NCBI GenBank assembly: GCA_022340585.1
Contig: JAJDNS010000132.1
Location: 7,967-71,966, forward strand
DNA length: 64,000 bases
Source: Acidobacteriota bacterium
GTDB taxonomy: Bacteria > Acidobacteriota > Vicinamibacteria > Fen-336
Direction of reading: 5' to 3'
A model generated the notes under the pieces. That model was not told where the DNA came from. It was given only the letters and a program-made list of their open reading frames with translations, and did not search any database. The position numbers were made by a program, and so were the translations under genes. Of the stretch, positions 38,981 to 48,685 are shown in pieces (the stretch's first letter is position 1; each line of letters opens with the position of its first letter).

Positions 38981-41406
38981 CACGCGAACTCCTCGTACCG
39001 CCCGGCAAGGAAATGCTCCACGAAGTCGATGACCGTCTTCTCCGAGCGCAGCAGCATGTCGAGCTGGCGCGCGCAGCCCATGAGCCGGCCCAGGGTCTCG
39101 AGCGCGGCTTCCGAGGCCGCGGCCGGGTACCGCCGAAGCCGTGCGGCCACCAGGTCTCCCCGACACTCGACCACGAAGCGCGACTGCTGGAGGACCTCGG
39201 CCAGGAACCGGGCCCGCAGGTTCCGCTGGTCCCGGCTCGCACCACCGCCCCAGAACCGGAAGCTGACGTAGTTGGACTCGGGGGTCTCCCCCACCACCGA
39301 GTCGATCATGGCGTAGTGGTAGGCGAGGCGGGCGTTGAAGTTGACGTATCCCGCCGCCACGACGAGGTAGGCAGCCCCGCCCAGGCTCTCCGCACCGCGG
39401 TCGGCCTCGACGAGGGATGACGAGACCACCGAGGCGAAGCCCCTCAGGTCGACCTGGCGCCTCCCGCTCCAGGCGACGCCCGGCGCCGTCATGCCGCGCC
39501 ACAGGGCCTGGAAGGGCCGCGAGAGCACCTGCCCAGGCTCCACATCCCGGGCCGCCGCCGCCCCGGAAGGCAAGCCGCCGCCAGCGTCGAGAACCCATGC
39601 GCCGTCGGGGAGCGGGGCCCCGGTCAGACGCCGGGCCCCGGATTGGGGGGCGTCGCTCCGCCACTGTCCCTCCTCGAAGAGGGCGGACACGCCCCGCTCG
39701 TGGCAGAAGCGCACGACGTCGTGGATTGAGTGACAGCCCTTCGGCCGAAACGACGGGGCTTTCGGGTCCGTGAGAGCGAGATGCAGGACGAGGCGGTGCA
39801 GTGGGCTGCGAGCCCCGGACCGCAGCTCCCGGGAACGGCGGCGGGTCTCCTTCCCCTCCGCGGGCCACGCCTCGCCGAGGTAGACCTCGCAGCAGGTGGC
39901 GTCGAGGGAGACAATGCCGCCACGCGGCAACCGGGTAGTCGCCTCCGGCAGTCCGAAGACGCTCGGGATACCGAACTCCCGCGCCAACGCGGCCAGGTGG
40001 CCGGCGACGCTGCCGTGCTCGGCCACCAGACCGTCGACCCTCGGGAGCAGGTAGCCCAGCTCAGGTGCCGCCTGCGGCACCACGAGGATGGTGGCCTCCG
40101 TGGTCGAGCCGGCGTTCACCACCGCCTCCGGGACTGAGACCACACCCACGGCGCGCCCTCCGACGACGGTGGCCCCGCCCCGGGCCAGGCCGTCGAACGC
40201 GGGCCCGGGAACCTGCTCCCGGGTGGAGGGCACGGAGACCAGGGGACGGGCCTGGAGAAGCCACGGTCGTCCGTCGTCCTCGATGGCCCACTCGACGTCG
40301 AGCGCCTCGCCGAAGACCGTCTCCGCCGCGAGGCCGAGGCGGGCGAGGGCCGCGAGCTCCGCGTCGGGGAGGATCGAGGCCCCTCCCGCGACCATCCCGA
40401 GAGTCTTCCTCGAGACGACGGCCGTCTCCGGGTCCACCCTCCCGGCGACGAGATCCGGGGCCAGGCCCCGGACGGCACCCACCAGCATTCGCTCCTCCCG
40501 CGGCGCCGACGGATCCCGGGTGTACAGGACACCAGCCGAGGCGGCGGGCACCATGGGCATGAGCAGGACGGCCATCGGGGTGGTCAGCTCGAACAGACCG
40601 CACGCGTGTCGATAGCGGAACACGTGCTCCGAGAAGTTGCCGGCGACCACCCGACGCCAGGCCGACGTCAGCTCGGCTTTCGGAACGTGCAACAGGGTCT
40701 CGAACTGGCCCGCGAAGCTGAACGGCCCGTCTTCGCCCACCGCGCTGGAGCGCACCGCCCAGGAACGGTCGCTGGGCACTGCCGCGGCCTGTGCCCGGAT
40801 CGCCTCGTCGATCTCCCCCGGGATCGGGGCATCGAGCACGAGCGCTCGAGCCTCGGCGGCGAGGGCGCCCAGCCGACTGTCGTCGGTCGCCAGATCGAGA
40901 CCCTTCATCAGCTCGCGCAGGCGGGCACCGGTCTGTCCGTGGGCCAGAAGTCGCGCTTCGGCCGCGGTGGTGACCACGAAGCCGTCAGGGACCCGGTCCG
41001 GAAGACGCTCCCGGAGCGCGCCGAGCCGGGCCGCCTTGCCCCCGACCAGTGGCTGCTCCTCGAAACCGCACACGGAGAGAGGAACGACCACCGGGTCGGC
41101 GTGCAGGCGTCGGCGTCCCTCGTCGAGGACGCCGCGGACCTCGGTCTCGATGCCGTCGAGGACCCCGTAGAGCTTCCGGTAGCGGTCGCCCGAGAGGATG
41201 TTCAGGGTCTGTGACTGGAGCAGCGTGGCCTCGAGGAGGCGCCGGGTCCGCGTCCGCACCACTGGATCCCCGGGCACGAGCAGGCGCAGGTCGAGCTGGA
41301 TCTCGGCCAGGAGCTCGAGCAGCTGGCCGTTGCGATCGAGCAGGTCGCGCAGGGCCTCGTGACGCGCTCTCGGGCCCGCGGTGGAGCTGGCCTCGGCCCC
41401 GGTCAT
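38980..41406 (-). CDS. PEP-synthase/PPDK-like protein (ATP-grasp + phospho-His domain, atypical C-terminus)
   Basis: VGGKAARLG, AVRSSAVGED..SFAGQF, DVEWA, LLQARP, GSVAGHLAALAREFGIP. Confidence 0.85.
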   Translation of the reverse strand: MTGAEASSTAGPRARHEALRDLLDRNGQLLELLAEIQLDLRLLVPGDPVVRTRTRRLLEATLLQSQTLNILSGDRYRKLYGVLDGIETEVRGVLDEGRRRLHADPVVVPLSVCGFEEQPLVGGKAARLGALRERLPDRVPDGFVVTTAAEARLLAHGQTGARLRELMKGLDLATDDSRLGALAAEARALVLDAPIPGEIDEAIRAQAAAVPSDRSWAVRSSAVGEDGPFSFAGQFETLLHVPKAELTSAWRRVVAGNFSEHVFRYRHACGLFELTTPMAVLLMPMVPAASAGVLYTRDPSAPREERMLVGAVRGLAPDLVAGRVDPETAVVSRKTLGMVAGGASILPDAELAALARLGLAAETVFGEALDVEWAIEDDGRPWLLQARPLVSVPSTREQVPGPAFDGLARGGATVVGGRAVGVVSVPEAVVNAGSTTEATILVVPQAAPELGYLLPRVDGLVAEHGSVAGHLAALAREFGIPSVFGLPEATTRLPRGGIVSLDATCCEVYLGEAWPAEGKETRRRSRELRSGARSPLHRLVLHLALTDPKAPSFRPKGCHSIHDVVRFCHERGVSALFEEGQWRSDAPQSGARRLTGAPLPDGAWVLDAGGGLPSGAAAARDVEPGQVLSRPFQALWRGMTAPGVAWSGRRQVDLRGFASVVSSSLVEADRGAESLGGAAYLVVAAGYVNFNARLAYHYAMIDSVVGETPESNYVSFRFWGGGASRDQRNLRARFLAEVLQQSRFVVECRGDLVAARLRRYPAAASEAALETLGRLMGCARQLDMLLRSEKTVIDFVEHFLAGRYEEFA

Positions 41407-41421
41407 CCCTGTGCTCCCGCT

Positions 41422-41802
41422 TCAGCCCTCCAGGGCTTCGGCCGCCTTCTGGATCACCTGGCGCAGGTCGTCGGGCTTGAAGGGCTTCGCGATGAAGTCG
41501 AATGCCCCCTTGGCGAGGGCCTCCCGCGCCACCTCGACCGTTGCGTAGCCGGTGATCACGATGACCTTCGTCCGCGCCGACCGCTCCAGCACGCGCTCGA
41601 GCACCTGGATGCCGTCCACCTCCTCCATGCGCACGTCGGTCACGATGACGTCGAAGTCCCTTTCGTCCAGGCGGCGCAACGCCAGCCGGCTGTCCTCGAA
41701 GACCTCCACCTCGTGACCGTTCTTCTCGAGCGCCGTCTTGAGCCGCTTGCCCACGATGGGCTCGTCGTCCAGGACGAGAATCTGCAGGTTGTCCTTGCTC
41801 AT
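41422..41802 (-). CDS. Stand-alone response regulator receiver protein
   Basis: ILVLDDE, TDVRMEEVDG, ITGY, FIAKPF. Confidence 0.9.
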   Translation of the reverse strand: MSKDNLQILVLDDEPIVGKRLKTALEKNGHEVEVFEDSRLALRRLDERDFDVIVTDVRMEEVDGIQVLERVLERSARTKVIVITGYATVEVAREALAKGAFDFIAKPFKPDDLRQVIQKAAEALEG

Positions 41803-43004
41803 CTTCTCCACACTCCTGATGGCGTCCGGCTGAGCGGTCGACGGGGGACCCGGGAGGCGCTCGGCGGGTCGAGGAGGAGCGTCTCGAGAGACCGCCCCAT
41901 CCGGCCCAGGACGTCTCGGGTGTCGTCCGGGGTCTGGCCGCTCATCCAGCCCGTCGTCCCCACACCGAGGTCGAGCCGACGAAACCCGCTCTGGGCGAGG
42001 ACCCTCTCCAGCCCCTCCGCGCGTCTCACGGGCTTGCCCCTGCCAAGGACACGATCGCCATGGCGGGATCGTGTCCTCCGGCCGCTGGCCGGTTCGGTCC
42101 TCAGGGCGCAGTAGACGAAGTTGGCCACGGCGTGGTCCTCCAGCCGGGCGTCGACGAGGAGTGCCCCCGTCGGCCAGTTGAGGGCGACGGTCGAGCGGCC
42201 CGCGCCGAGGACGGCGAGGGCGAAGGACCCCGGCTCGGGTGACGCCGAGGAGCGCCGCCTGCGGTCCGACGTCACGAGGGGCCCGAGGAGCGCTCGCAGG
42301 GGCGCGGAGGTGACCCGCTCCCAGCCCACGCTCGAGCCCCACGCGCGGTGGGCGGGAGCCACGCCCCCTCCCGAGTCTACGACCCTGACCGGGGCCGGGA
42401 AGCCTGATCCCACCAGGGTCGAGCCCGCGCGCCGGCCCCACGATCGGAAGTGGAGGCCTTCGAACGACCGCAGCGCCCGCTCGTGGGCCTCCTGCACCAC
42501 CTCGGCCAGCCGGGGCACCGTCGGAGATGACTCCGAACCCGGGGCCGGGTCGGCAGTGAGCGCCAGGCGCCGGATCGCGGCGCGCAGAGCCTGGTACTCG
42601 GGTTCTTCTACGTGTTCCCTCTCCGCGCCGTTCTCGCCCGACTCCGGCGGCACTGCGGTCGCCCCCTCGTCGCCCCGGGGGGACCGAGTCGACATCAGCC
42701 GGTCGAGGTCGGCGCGGACGCCATCGAGACGGGCATGGAGCTCGGCGGAGTGGTCGCCGGTGAGCACGGCCGAATCGAAGACGATCTCGCGGGCTCGGTC
42801 CAGCGTCCGCCCGACGAACGAGGCCACGTAGCTCCGGTCCAGGATCCACTCCCCCCCGAGCTTGTCGGACGCGTCGTCGCTCAGCTCGACGAGGCGGAGG
42901 AGGCTCCCGATCAGCCGCCCGAAGCGCACCTGGTGCAGCTTGTGACGCGCGCTCCGCGGAGGGCCCGCCAGTACCCGGCCAAGCAGTCCCGAGATTCGTG
43001 ACAC
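41799..43004 (-). CDS. Hypothetical protein resembling only the N- and C-terminal parts of the PEP-synthase-like protein
   Basis: EVVQEAHERAL ~ DVVRFCHERGV; VVDSGGG ~ VLDAGGG; VDARL..ANFVY ~ IDSVV..SNYVS. Confidence 0.6.
   Translation of the reverse strand: MSRISGLLGRVLAGPPRSARHKLHQVRFGRLIGSLLRLVELSDDASDKLGGEWILDRSYVASFVGRTLDRAREIVFDSAVLTGDHSAELHARLDGVRADLDRLMSTRSPRGDEGATAVPPESGENGAEREHVEEPEYQALRAAIRRLALTADPAPGSESSPTVPRLAEVVQEAHERALRSFEGLHFRSWGRRAGSTLVGSGFPAPVRVVDSGGGVAPAHRAWGSSVGWERVTSAPLRALLGPLVTSDRRRRSSASPEPGSFALAVLGAGRSTVALNWPTGALLVDARLEDHAVANFVYCALRTEPASGRRTRSRHGDRVLGRGKPVRRAEGLERVLAQSGFRRLDLGVGTTGWMSGQTPDDTRDVLGRMGRSLETLLLDPPSASRVPRRPLSRTPSGVWRR
42036..42104. repeat. Palindromic dispersed repeat, copy B (inside a CDS)
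   Basis: Perfect 11-bp IR AGGACACGATC/GATCGTGTCCT; inverted match to 13242-13318. Confidence 0.8.
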
Positions 43005-43024
43005 GCGGCCTCCCCTGGCGATCG

Positions 43025-44122
43025 CTAGGGCGTCGCGCTCGGCGCGGTGACGGCGGCGGCGAGGCTCTGGCGAACCTGCCGCTGCCTCCGGAAGGCCACG
43101 ATCACGTTGAACAGGATCACACCCACTCCGGCGACCCCGGCGGCCATCAGGAGGAACTTGCTGGCCTGGTTGAGGGGGACGTCCCAGGCGGGGTCGAGCT
43201 GGATGAAGCCGAGCTGGCGCAGGTAGATGGGCACCGCGACCCCCCGGGAGAGAACGCAGATCAGGATCACCAGGCTGGTCACCAGTCGGATGACCACTTC
43301 CTTGACGACCTTCGTGCCATAGGCCCCGACGTAGATGCCGAAGAGCGACCCCGCGTACAGCAGCATCGTGAGGCGCAGGTCCACGAAGCCCGCGAAGACG
43401 TAGTTCAGCGCCCCGAAGGCCCCCATGAACATGGCCAGGAACAGCTCGGTACCCGTGGCCACCGCCGTCGGCACGCCGAAGACGTAGATCATCGCGGGGA
43501 CCCCGATGAAGCCGCCGACGCCGATCGTCCCCGCGAGGTAGCCGGTGGCCAGACCCACCGCCATCAGGACCCAGAGCGAGACCCTGACGTCCGAGACGGG
43601 AAAGTGGATGAGGGGGAAGAGCCGCAGCTTCGACAGCGCCTCCGCAATCCTCAGGGAGGGACCGGCGGAGTCGTCCGAGGACTGCAGGATGTCCCTCAGC
43701 ATGCTCAGGGCCACCAGCGAGAGGATGCAGACGAAGACCAGGCTGATGTAGAGATTGGCGGCCGCGCCCTTGGCTTGGCCGTGGCTGTCTCCCATGGCGA
43801 ACAAGGAGCTGTTGATCCAGACCGCGAGGCGGATGCCCGCGAAGGAGGTCAGGACCAGGAAGACGCCGAGCTTCCGGTCGACGTTGCCCATCTCCCCGTG
43901 CTTGCGGGCCCCCATCATGGCCTTTCCGAACTTGTGGGTGATGTTGCTCCCGACCGCGATCACCCCGGGCACTCCGAGGTTCATCATTCCGGGGGTCATG
44001 AAGAACGCACCCCCGCTACCGATGAAGCCGCTCAGGGTCCCGCCGATGAAGCCCAGCAACACGACCTGAAGGGCGTCTCCGAGCCCGAGAGTGATGAAGT
44101 CCTTGTAGATGAGCTCAGGCAA
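43025..44122 (-). CDS. TSUP (TauE/SafE) family transporter
   Basis: SGFIGSGGAFFMTP, GTIGVGGFIGVPAMIY, ATGTEL. Confidence 0.88.
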   Translation of the reverse strand: MPELIYKDFITLGLGDALQVVLLGFIGGTLSGFIGSGGAFFMTPGMMNLGVPGVIAVGSNITHKFGKAMMGARKHGEMGNVDRKLGVFLVLTSFAGIRLAVWINSSLFAMGDSHGQAKGAAANLYISLVFVCILSLVALSMLRDILQSSDDSAGPSLRIAEALSKLRLFPLIHFPVSDVRVSLWVLMAVGLATGYLAGTIGVGGFIGVPAMIYVFGVPTAVATGTELFLAMFMGAFGALNYVFAGFVDLRLTMLLYAGSLFGIYVGAYGTKVVKEVVIRLVTSLVILICVLSRGVAVPIYLRQLGFIQLDPAWDVPLNQASKFLLMAAGVAGVGVILFNVIVAFRRQRQVRQSLAAAVTAPSATP

Positions 44123-44137
44123 GCGACTCCCTCCTTG

Positions 44138-45658
44138 TCATTCGATCCGAGCCAGCCTCAGTACGGTGTGGGCAAAGCTGCCCAGGATGTAGGCGAAGGC
44201 CGGGATGAACAGCACCACGGCGACCGCCGACGCGACCTTGTCGGCGGTGGTCTCGGGCGAGAGGAGCCGCAGGACCTGCTCCTGGTGGCTGAATACCCAC
44301 AGGTAGGCGAGCAACGCGGCAAGGCCATAGCCAACCAGGCGGGCGTACTGCCACGGTCCCACCAGGTAGCGGGCCTTCAGGTCCTCGCCGCGGATCACCG
44401 GCACCCGCAGGGTGTCGGCGATCCGGGCGCTGAGCTCGCGGGTGAGCCTCTGGCTGACCGCGTGCCCCTTCGCCACGAAGATATCCCCCACCACGACGAG
44501 GCTGTACGGCACCGTGCGGTCGATGGCGAGGCTCACGTGCCGGGGATGGGACATCGCCGTGCGCATGCTTCCGGCGATCCCCCGCCGGGCCAGCTCCTGG
44601 AACACCTCCCTCAGCCCTTCGTCGTCGCAGGTGCCCCTCGTGGGCTCGACCCCGGTGTCGTCCTCGATCCCCCCGTCGATCTCCCTTCGGAGCCCGGGTG
44701 GAGGGGGCACCCTGGCCTCCTGCTCCACCGGCCCTTCGGGACACCCCTCCGCCGGCACCACCCGGAGCAGCTCGACCGCGGCCTGCCATCGCTCGGCGAT
44801 CCGGACCAGCGACTCGAACACCGGCGACGAGGCGTCGAAGCACTCCTGGACCCAGAGGACGTTCGTCGAGGCCAGGGCGCAGCGCAGATCCCGCACGCCG
44901 TGGACCCCTTTCAGCACCTCCGGGATCACCGGCGCCAGGGCCGCGTCCTTGGGCAGGTACGTCACCGACAGGGCTCCCTCGTTGGCCCGCACCTTCAGAC
45001 TGGCGGCGTACGTCCGCTTGTCGCGAGCGAGGGCGAGACGGGCCTCGGAGGCTACCCTGAGGCCCTCCAGGGCGCGGCGCGAGGCCGGCGTCTCGTGGAA
45101 CTCGGGCAGCTGGGCGTAGGCACACAACGCCGTCGCCGCGTTGGCGACACCCACCTGCTCGAGGTTGACCACGAGGTCGTAGTAGCCGGCGAAGCCCCAG
45201 GCGACGGAGTACATCGTCCGCGTCCACCGCTCGCGGTCCTCCTCCACCTGCTCGATGTACCGCTTCGCCTTCTCCCGGCTCAGCCGAAGGCGGTCCATCA
45301 CGGCGTTGATGCGGGTCTCCATGTCGGTGACCACACGGACGCGGAGGATGTGGGTGACGCCGGGCAGGAGCAGGTGCCCGGTGCGTCCCGCGTAGACCAG
45401 GTCCCCTTTCAGGGCGCGCTCGCAGAGCACCTTCGTGATGAATGACTGGTAGAGCTCCTTGTCCAGCATGAGACGCTCATCCATGGGCCGGCGCTTCACA
45501 ATCGCGGTTTCCATCCGACCCACCGCGATCCCCTCGTCAACCGCCATCTCGAGGACCTGGTCGCGAGTGAGCAGGTCGTATCCGAGCTTCTCGGCGAGGA
45601 CCTCGGCGAACTCGCGGCCCCGGATCAGGCTCCCCTGGGAGACGCAGACGATTGGCAT
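44138..45658 (-). CDS. Cytidylate kinase-like family protein with extra domains and C-terminal TM helices
   Basis: PIVCVSQGS..GREFAEVLAEKLGY, YAGRTGHLLL, YDLVVNL; SD GGAGGAG. Confidence 0.75.
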   Translation of the reverse strand: MPIVCVSQGSLIRGREFAEVLAEKLGYDLLTRDQVLEMAVDEGIAVGRMETAIVKRRPMDERLMLDKELYQSFITKVLCERALKGDLVYAGRTGHLLLPGVTHILRVRVVTDMETRINAVMDRLRLSREKAKRYIEQVEEDRERWTRTMYSVAWGFAGYYDLVVNLEQVGVANAATALCAYAQLPEFHETPASRRALEGLRVASEARLALARDKRTYAASLKVRANEGALSVTYLPKDAALAPVIPEVLKGVHGVRDLRCALASTNVLWVQECFDASSPVFESLVRIAERWQAAVELLRVVPAEGCPEGPVEQEARVPPPPGLRREIDGGIEDDTGVEPTRGTCDDEGLREVFQELARRGIAGSMRTAMSHPRHVSLAIDRTVPYSLVVVGDIFVAKGHAVSQRLTRELSARIADTLRVPVIRGEDLKARYLVGPWQYARLVGYGLAALLAYLWVFSHQEQVLRLLSPETTADKVASAVAVVLFIPAFAYILGSFAHTVLRLARIE

Positions 45659-45994
45659 GTCGTGGCTCCTCCGACCAAACGGACGCGCGCCTCTCCGCCG
45701 CGGGTCGTGGGGAAGGGCGCGACGCCGGTGAGCGCCACCCATATTATCGCGGGCGTCACCTGCCGTTCGGGCGAGTCGGTGTCTTCGAACTGATTGCCGG
45801 TCTCAGTCCCGCAGACCTCAGCGCGGGGTTCCTGCGGATTTCGCCGTCTTCGTGCGGAGGTGCCCGGGAGACACCCGGAGGTCGCCGACGACAGGATCGT
45901 CATCCGGGACGGGAGTCGGCTGGCGGTGTACCGACTCGGGGCGTCCGAGGGCCCGTCCCAATAGAGTGCTGGGCCGTTCGCTATACTGCCGCCG

Positions 45995-47689
45995 GTGGGG
46001 GCATTGCGGTCAGTGTCGGCAGCCGTCTTCGTCGTCGCGGTTCTTTCGGCCGCGGCCCTTCGCCTTCCCGACCTCGGCCGACGCCCGATGCACGCCGACG
46101 AGGCCGTGCACGCCGACAAGTTCGGGACCCTTCTGGAAGAAGGGCATTACGCGTACGACTCCTCGGAGTTCCACGGGCCCACCCTCTACTACCTGACCCT
46201 GCCGTCCGCATGGCTCGAGGGGGCACGGGGGTACCAGGACATCGACGAGACCACCCTGCGCGTCGTGCCCGCCGTGCTCGGGGTGCTGCTCGTCGCCGCC
46301 ACTCTCGGGGCGAAGGGCTTCCTGGGCTGGCCCGGAGCGGCCCTCGCCGCGCTCCTGACCGCGATCTCCCCGGCCATGGTCTTCTATAGCCGCTACTTCA
46401 TACACGAGGTCCCCCTCGTCTTCTTCACCTTCGGCGCGCTCCTCGGGGCATGCTGGTATCTGCAACGGGCGGGGGCCTTCCCGGCTCTGGTGACGGGCGT
46501 GAGCGTGGGACTGATGCACGCAACGAAGGAGACCGCCCCTCTCGCCCTGGGCGCGATGGTTCTGGCGCTGGCGCTCACCCTGGTCTTCGAGCGCCGCCAC
46601 GGCCTGCCCCCCCACCCGATCCGCCGCACCGTCCGCCGTCGAGACGCCCTGCTGGCGGTCGTCGCGGCCGCGGTGGTGTCGGGGGTGCTGTACTCCTCCT
46701 TTCTGGGCAACCCCGGGGGCCTCGTGGACTCGGTGCGGTCCTACTGGATCTGGCTGGGTCGGGCCGGCTCCGGCTCGATCCACTCCCACTCCTGGGACTA
46801 CTACCTGCGCCTGCTGATCTACTTCCCCGCGGAGGGGACCCCGGTGTGGAGCGAAGGCCTCATCCTCGTGCTGGGAGTCGCCGGGGCCGCAGCCGGCTGG
46901 AGCCGGAGAGGAGTCCCGGGAACGGATCCGAAGGTCCTCCGCTTCCTGTCGCTGTACACCCTCCTGCTGGTCGCCGCCTACGCGGCGATCCCCTACAAGA
47001 CCCCGTGGAACCTCCTCGGGTTCCTGCACGGGCTGATCCTCCTGGCCGGCGTCGGCGCGGTCTGGGTGGTCCAGTCCTTCCGGGGACCGAACCGGCCTGC
47101 GGCCGGAAGCCCTGACCAAGGATACGATTCCACCACGGCGACCGTGTCCTTGACGGGCCGGACCGGGCAGGTCGCGATCTCGGTGGCCCTGATCCTGGGC
47201 GCCGGACACCTGGCCTGGCAAGCCTGGTCCGGGAGCTTCCGCTTCGCCGCCGATCCCCGCAACCCGTACGTCTACGCCCACACCGGGAACGACGTGTTCG
47301 AGATCGTGGGTCGCCTCGAGGAGCTCACCCGAGCCCACCCCGAGGGCTCGGCCATGCCCATTCAGATCATCAGCCGGGAGAACCTCTGGCCCCTGCCCTG
47401 GTACCTGCGTGGGCTCTCCGGTGTCCGCTGGTGGAACGGGGTCTCCGACGAGGCGGAGAACGCCCCCGTCATCGTCGTGACCCCGGAGATGGAGCCGGCC
47501 CTGGTGAGGAGGCTCTACGACGTGCCGCCCCCCGGGGAACGGGAGCTGTACATGAGCATCTACGAAAGACGCCTGGAGCTGCGCCCGCGGGTCGAGGTGC
47601 GCGGGTACGCCTCGAAGGCACTCTGGGACGAGTTCCGCCGGCTCGAGGTCGAGCCCCCCGAGCCGCCCCCGCCCGTGGCTCACCCATGA
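45995..47689 (+). CDS. GT-C membrane protein (Agl23/TIGR03663-like)
   Basis: RPMHADEAVH, FHGPTLYY, YSRYFIHE, ATKE, YKTPW, WPLPWYLR. Confidence 0.8.
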   Translation: MGALRSVSAAVFVVAVLSAAALRLPDLGRRPMHADEAVHADKFGTLLEEGHYAYDSSEFHGPTLYYLTLPSAWLEGARGYQDIDETTLRVVPAVLGVLLVAATLGAKGFLGWPGAALAALLTAISPAMVFYSRYFIHEVPLVFFTFGALLGACWYLQRAGAFPALVTGVSVGLMHATKETAPLALGAMVLALALTLVFERRHGLPPHPIRRTVRRRDALLAVVAAAVVSGVLYSSFLGNPGGLVDSVRSYWIWLGRAGSGSIHSHSWDYYLRLLIYFPAEGTPVWSEGLILVLGVAGAAAGWSRRGVPGTDPKVLRFLSLYTLLLVAAYAAIPYKTPWNLLGFLHGLILLAGVGAVWVVQSFRGPNRPAAGSPDQGYDSTTATVSLTGRTGQVAISVALILGAGHLAWQAWSGSFRFAADPRNPYVYAHTGNDVFEIVGRLEELTRAHPEGSAMPIQIISRENLWPLPWYLRGLSGVRWWNGVSDEAENAPVIVVTPEMEPALVRRLYDVPPPGERELYMSIYERRLELRPRVEVRGYASKALWDEFRRLEVEPPEPPPPVAHP

Positions 47690-48621
47690 GACCGGAGGAG
47701 CGGGGCGCGGCCGGTGTCGTCCCGGGCGATACCCCCGCCGGGATCGAGGTCCATCGGTTCGGCCACGAGGCGATGGCCACGGTGTTCGAGGTCTTCTCCG
47801 CCCACGACGACCGGGGGTACGCGAGTCAGGCGGCGCTGGCCGCCTTCGATCTGGTCGACCGGCTGGAGCGCGAGCTGAGCCGGTTCAGGGACAGCAGCGA
47901 CGTATCGCGCATCAACGCCCTGGCCGCCGGACAGGAAACCCGGGTGACGCCGGAGACGATGGAGTGCCTGGAGATCGCCCGGCGCATGCACAGGCTGACC
48001 GGCGGGGCCTTCGACATCTCCCTCGGCACGGGGCTCGAGCAGATCGAGCTCGTGACCGACGGGTTCCTCGTTCGGGCCCGGGCCGACGGGGTCCGGCTGG
48101 ATCTGGGGGGCATCGGCAAGGGGTACGCGGTCGACCGCATGGCCGAGCTCCTGGACGAGTGGGAGATCCCCCGGGTCCTCCTCCACGGGGGCTTCAGCTC
48201 GGTTCTGGCTCGGGAGCCCCCTCCGGGGCGCGGGGGGTGGCCCCTCACCCTGACAGCCCCCGACGGCGGGGAACGGATCCGGGTCTCGGCCCGCCGCCAG
48301 GCCCTCAGCGCGTCGGGCACCCAGAAGGGCGCCCACATCGTGGACCCTCGCACCGGCCAGCCCGCCCGTCATCGGGCGGCCTGGGTGGCCCTCCCTTGCC
48401 CCGAGACGCCCGGAGGGGCCCCGGGAGCCTGGATCGACGTGCTCCGCTCGCCGGCGGCCGTGGCCGAGGCCCTGTCCACCGCGTTCATGCTCCTCCCCAT
48501 GCCCGAGATCGGGGCGTTGTGTCGGAGGGGCCCGGGTCTCGAGGCCTGGGTCTTCCCGGAGCCCACTGGAAGCGGGGCGTCGGGGGCGGATCTCGTCCAC
48601 CTGGCCCGCCGGCGCCCCTAA
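47686..48621 (+). CDS. apbE: ApbE-like FAD:protein FMN transferase
   Basis: AMATVF, LSRFRDSSDVSRIN, TGGAFDI, DLGGIGKGYAVD, HIVDPRTG. Confidence 0.85.
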   Translation: MRPEERGAAGVVPGDTPAGIEVHRFGHEAMATVFEVFSAHDDRGYASQAALAAFDLVDRLERELSRFRDSSDVSRINALAAGQETRVTPETMECLEIARRMHRLTGGAFDISLGTGLEQIELVTDGFLVRARADGVRLDLGGIGKGYAVDRMAELLDEWEIPRVLLHGGFSSVLAREPPPGRGGWPLTLTAPDGGERIRVSARRQALSASGTQKGAHIVDPRTGQPARHRAAWVALPCPETPGGAPGAWIDVLRSPAAVAEALSTAFMLLPMPEIGALCRRGPGLEAWVFPEPTGSGASGADLVHLARRRP

Positions 48622-48685
48622 AGATGAATAATAGAGGTCTGGATCAGATGACTCTCCTCGCGGGGACGACACGGAAAGGATAATC

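Noticed and set aside
42998-45445. 815-aa plus-strand ORF (likewise 1964-4396, 37532-39271, 62385-63713)
   Set aside because: Off-frame or antisense to recognisable genes; no family motifs
45659-45994. sigma54 promoter or ncRNA upstream of the Cmk-like/TSUP operon
   Set aside because: No convincing TGGCAC-N5-TTGC or recognisable RNA family; only short GC hairpins
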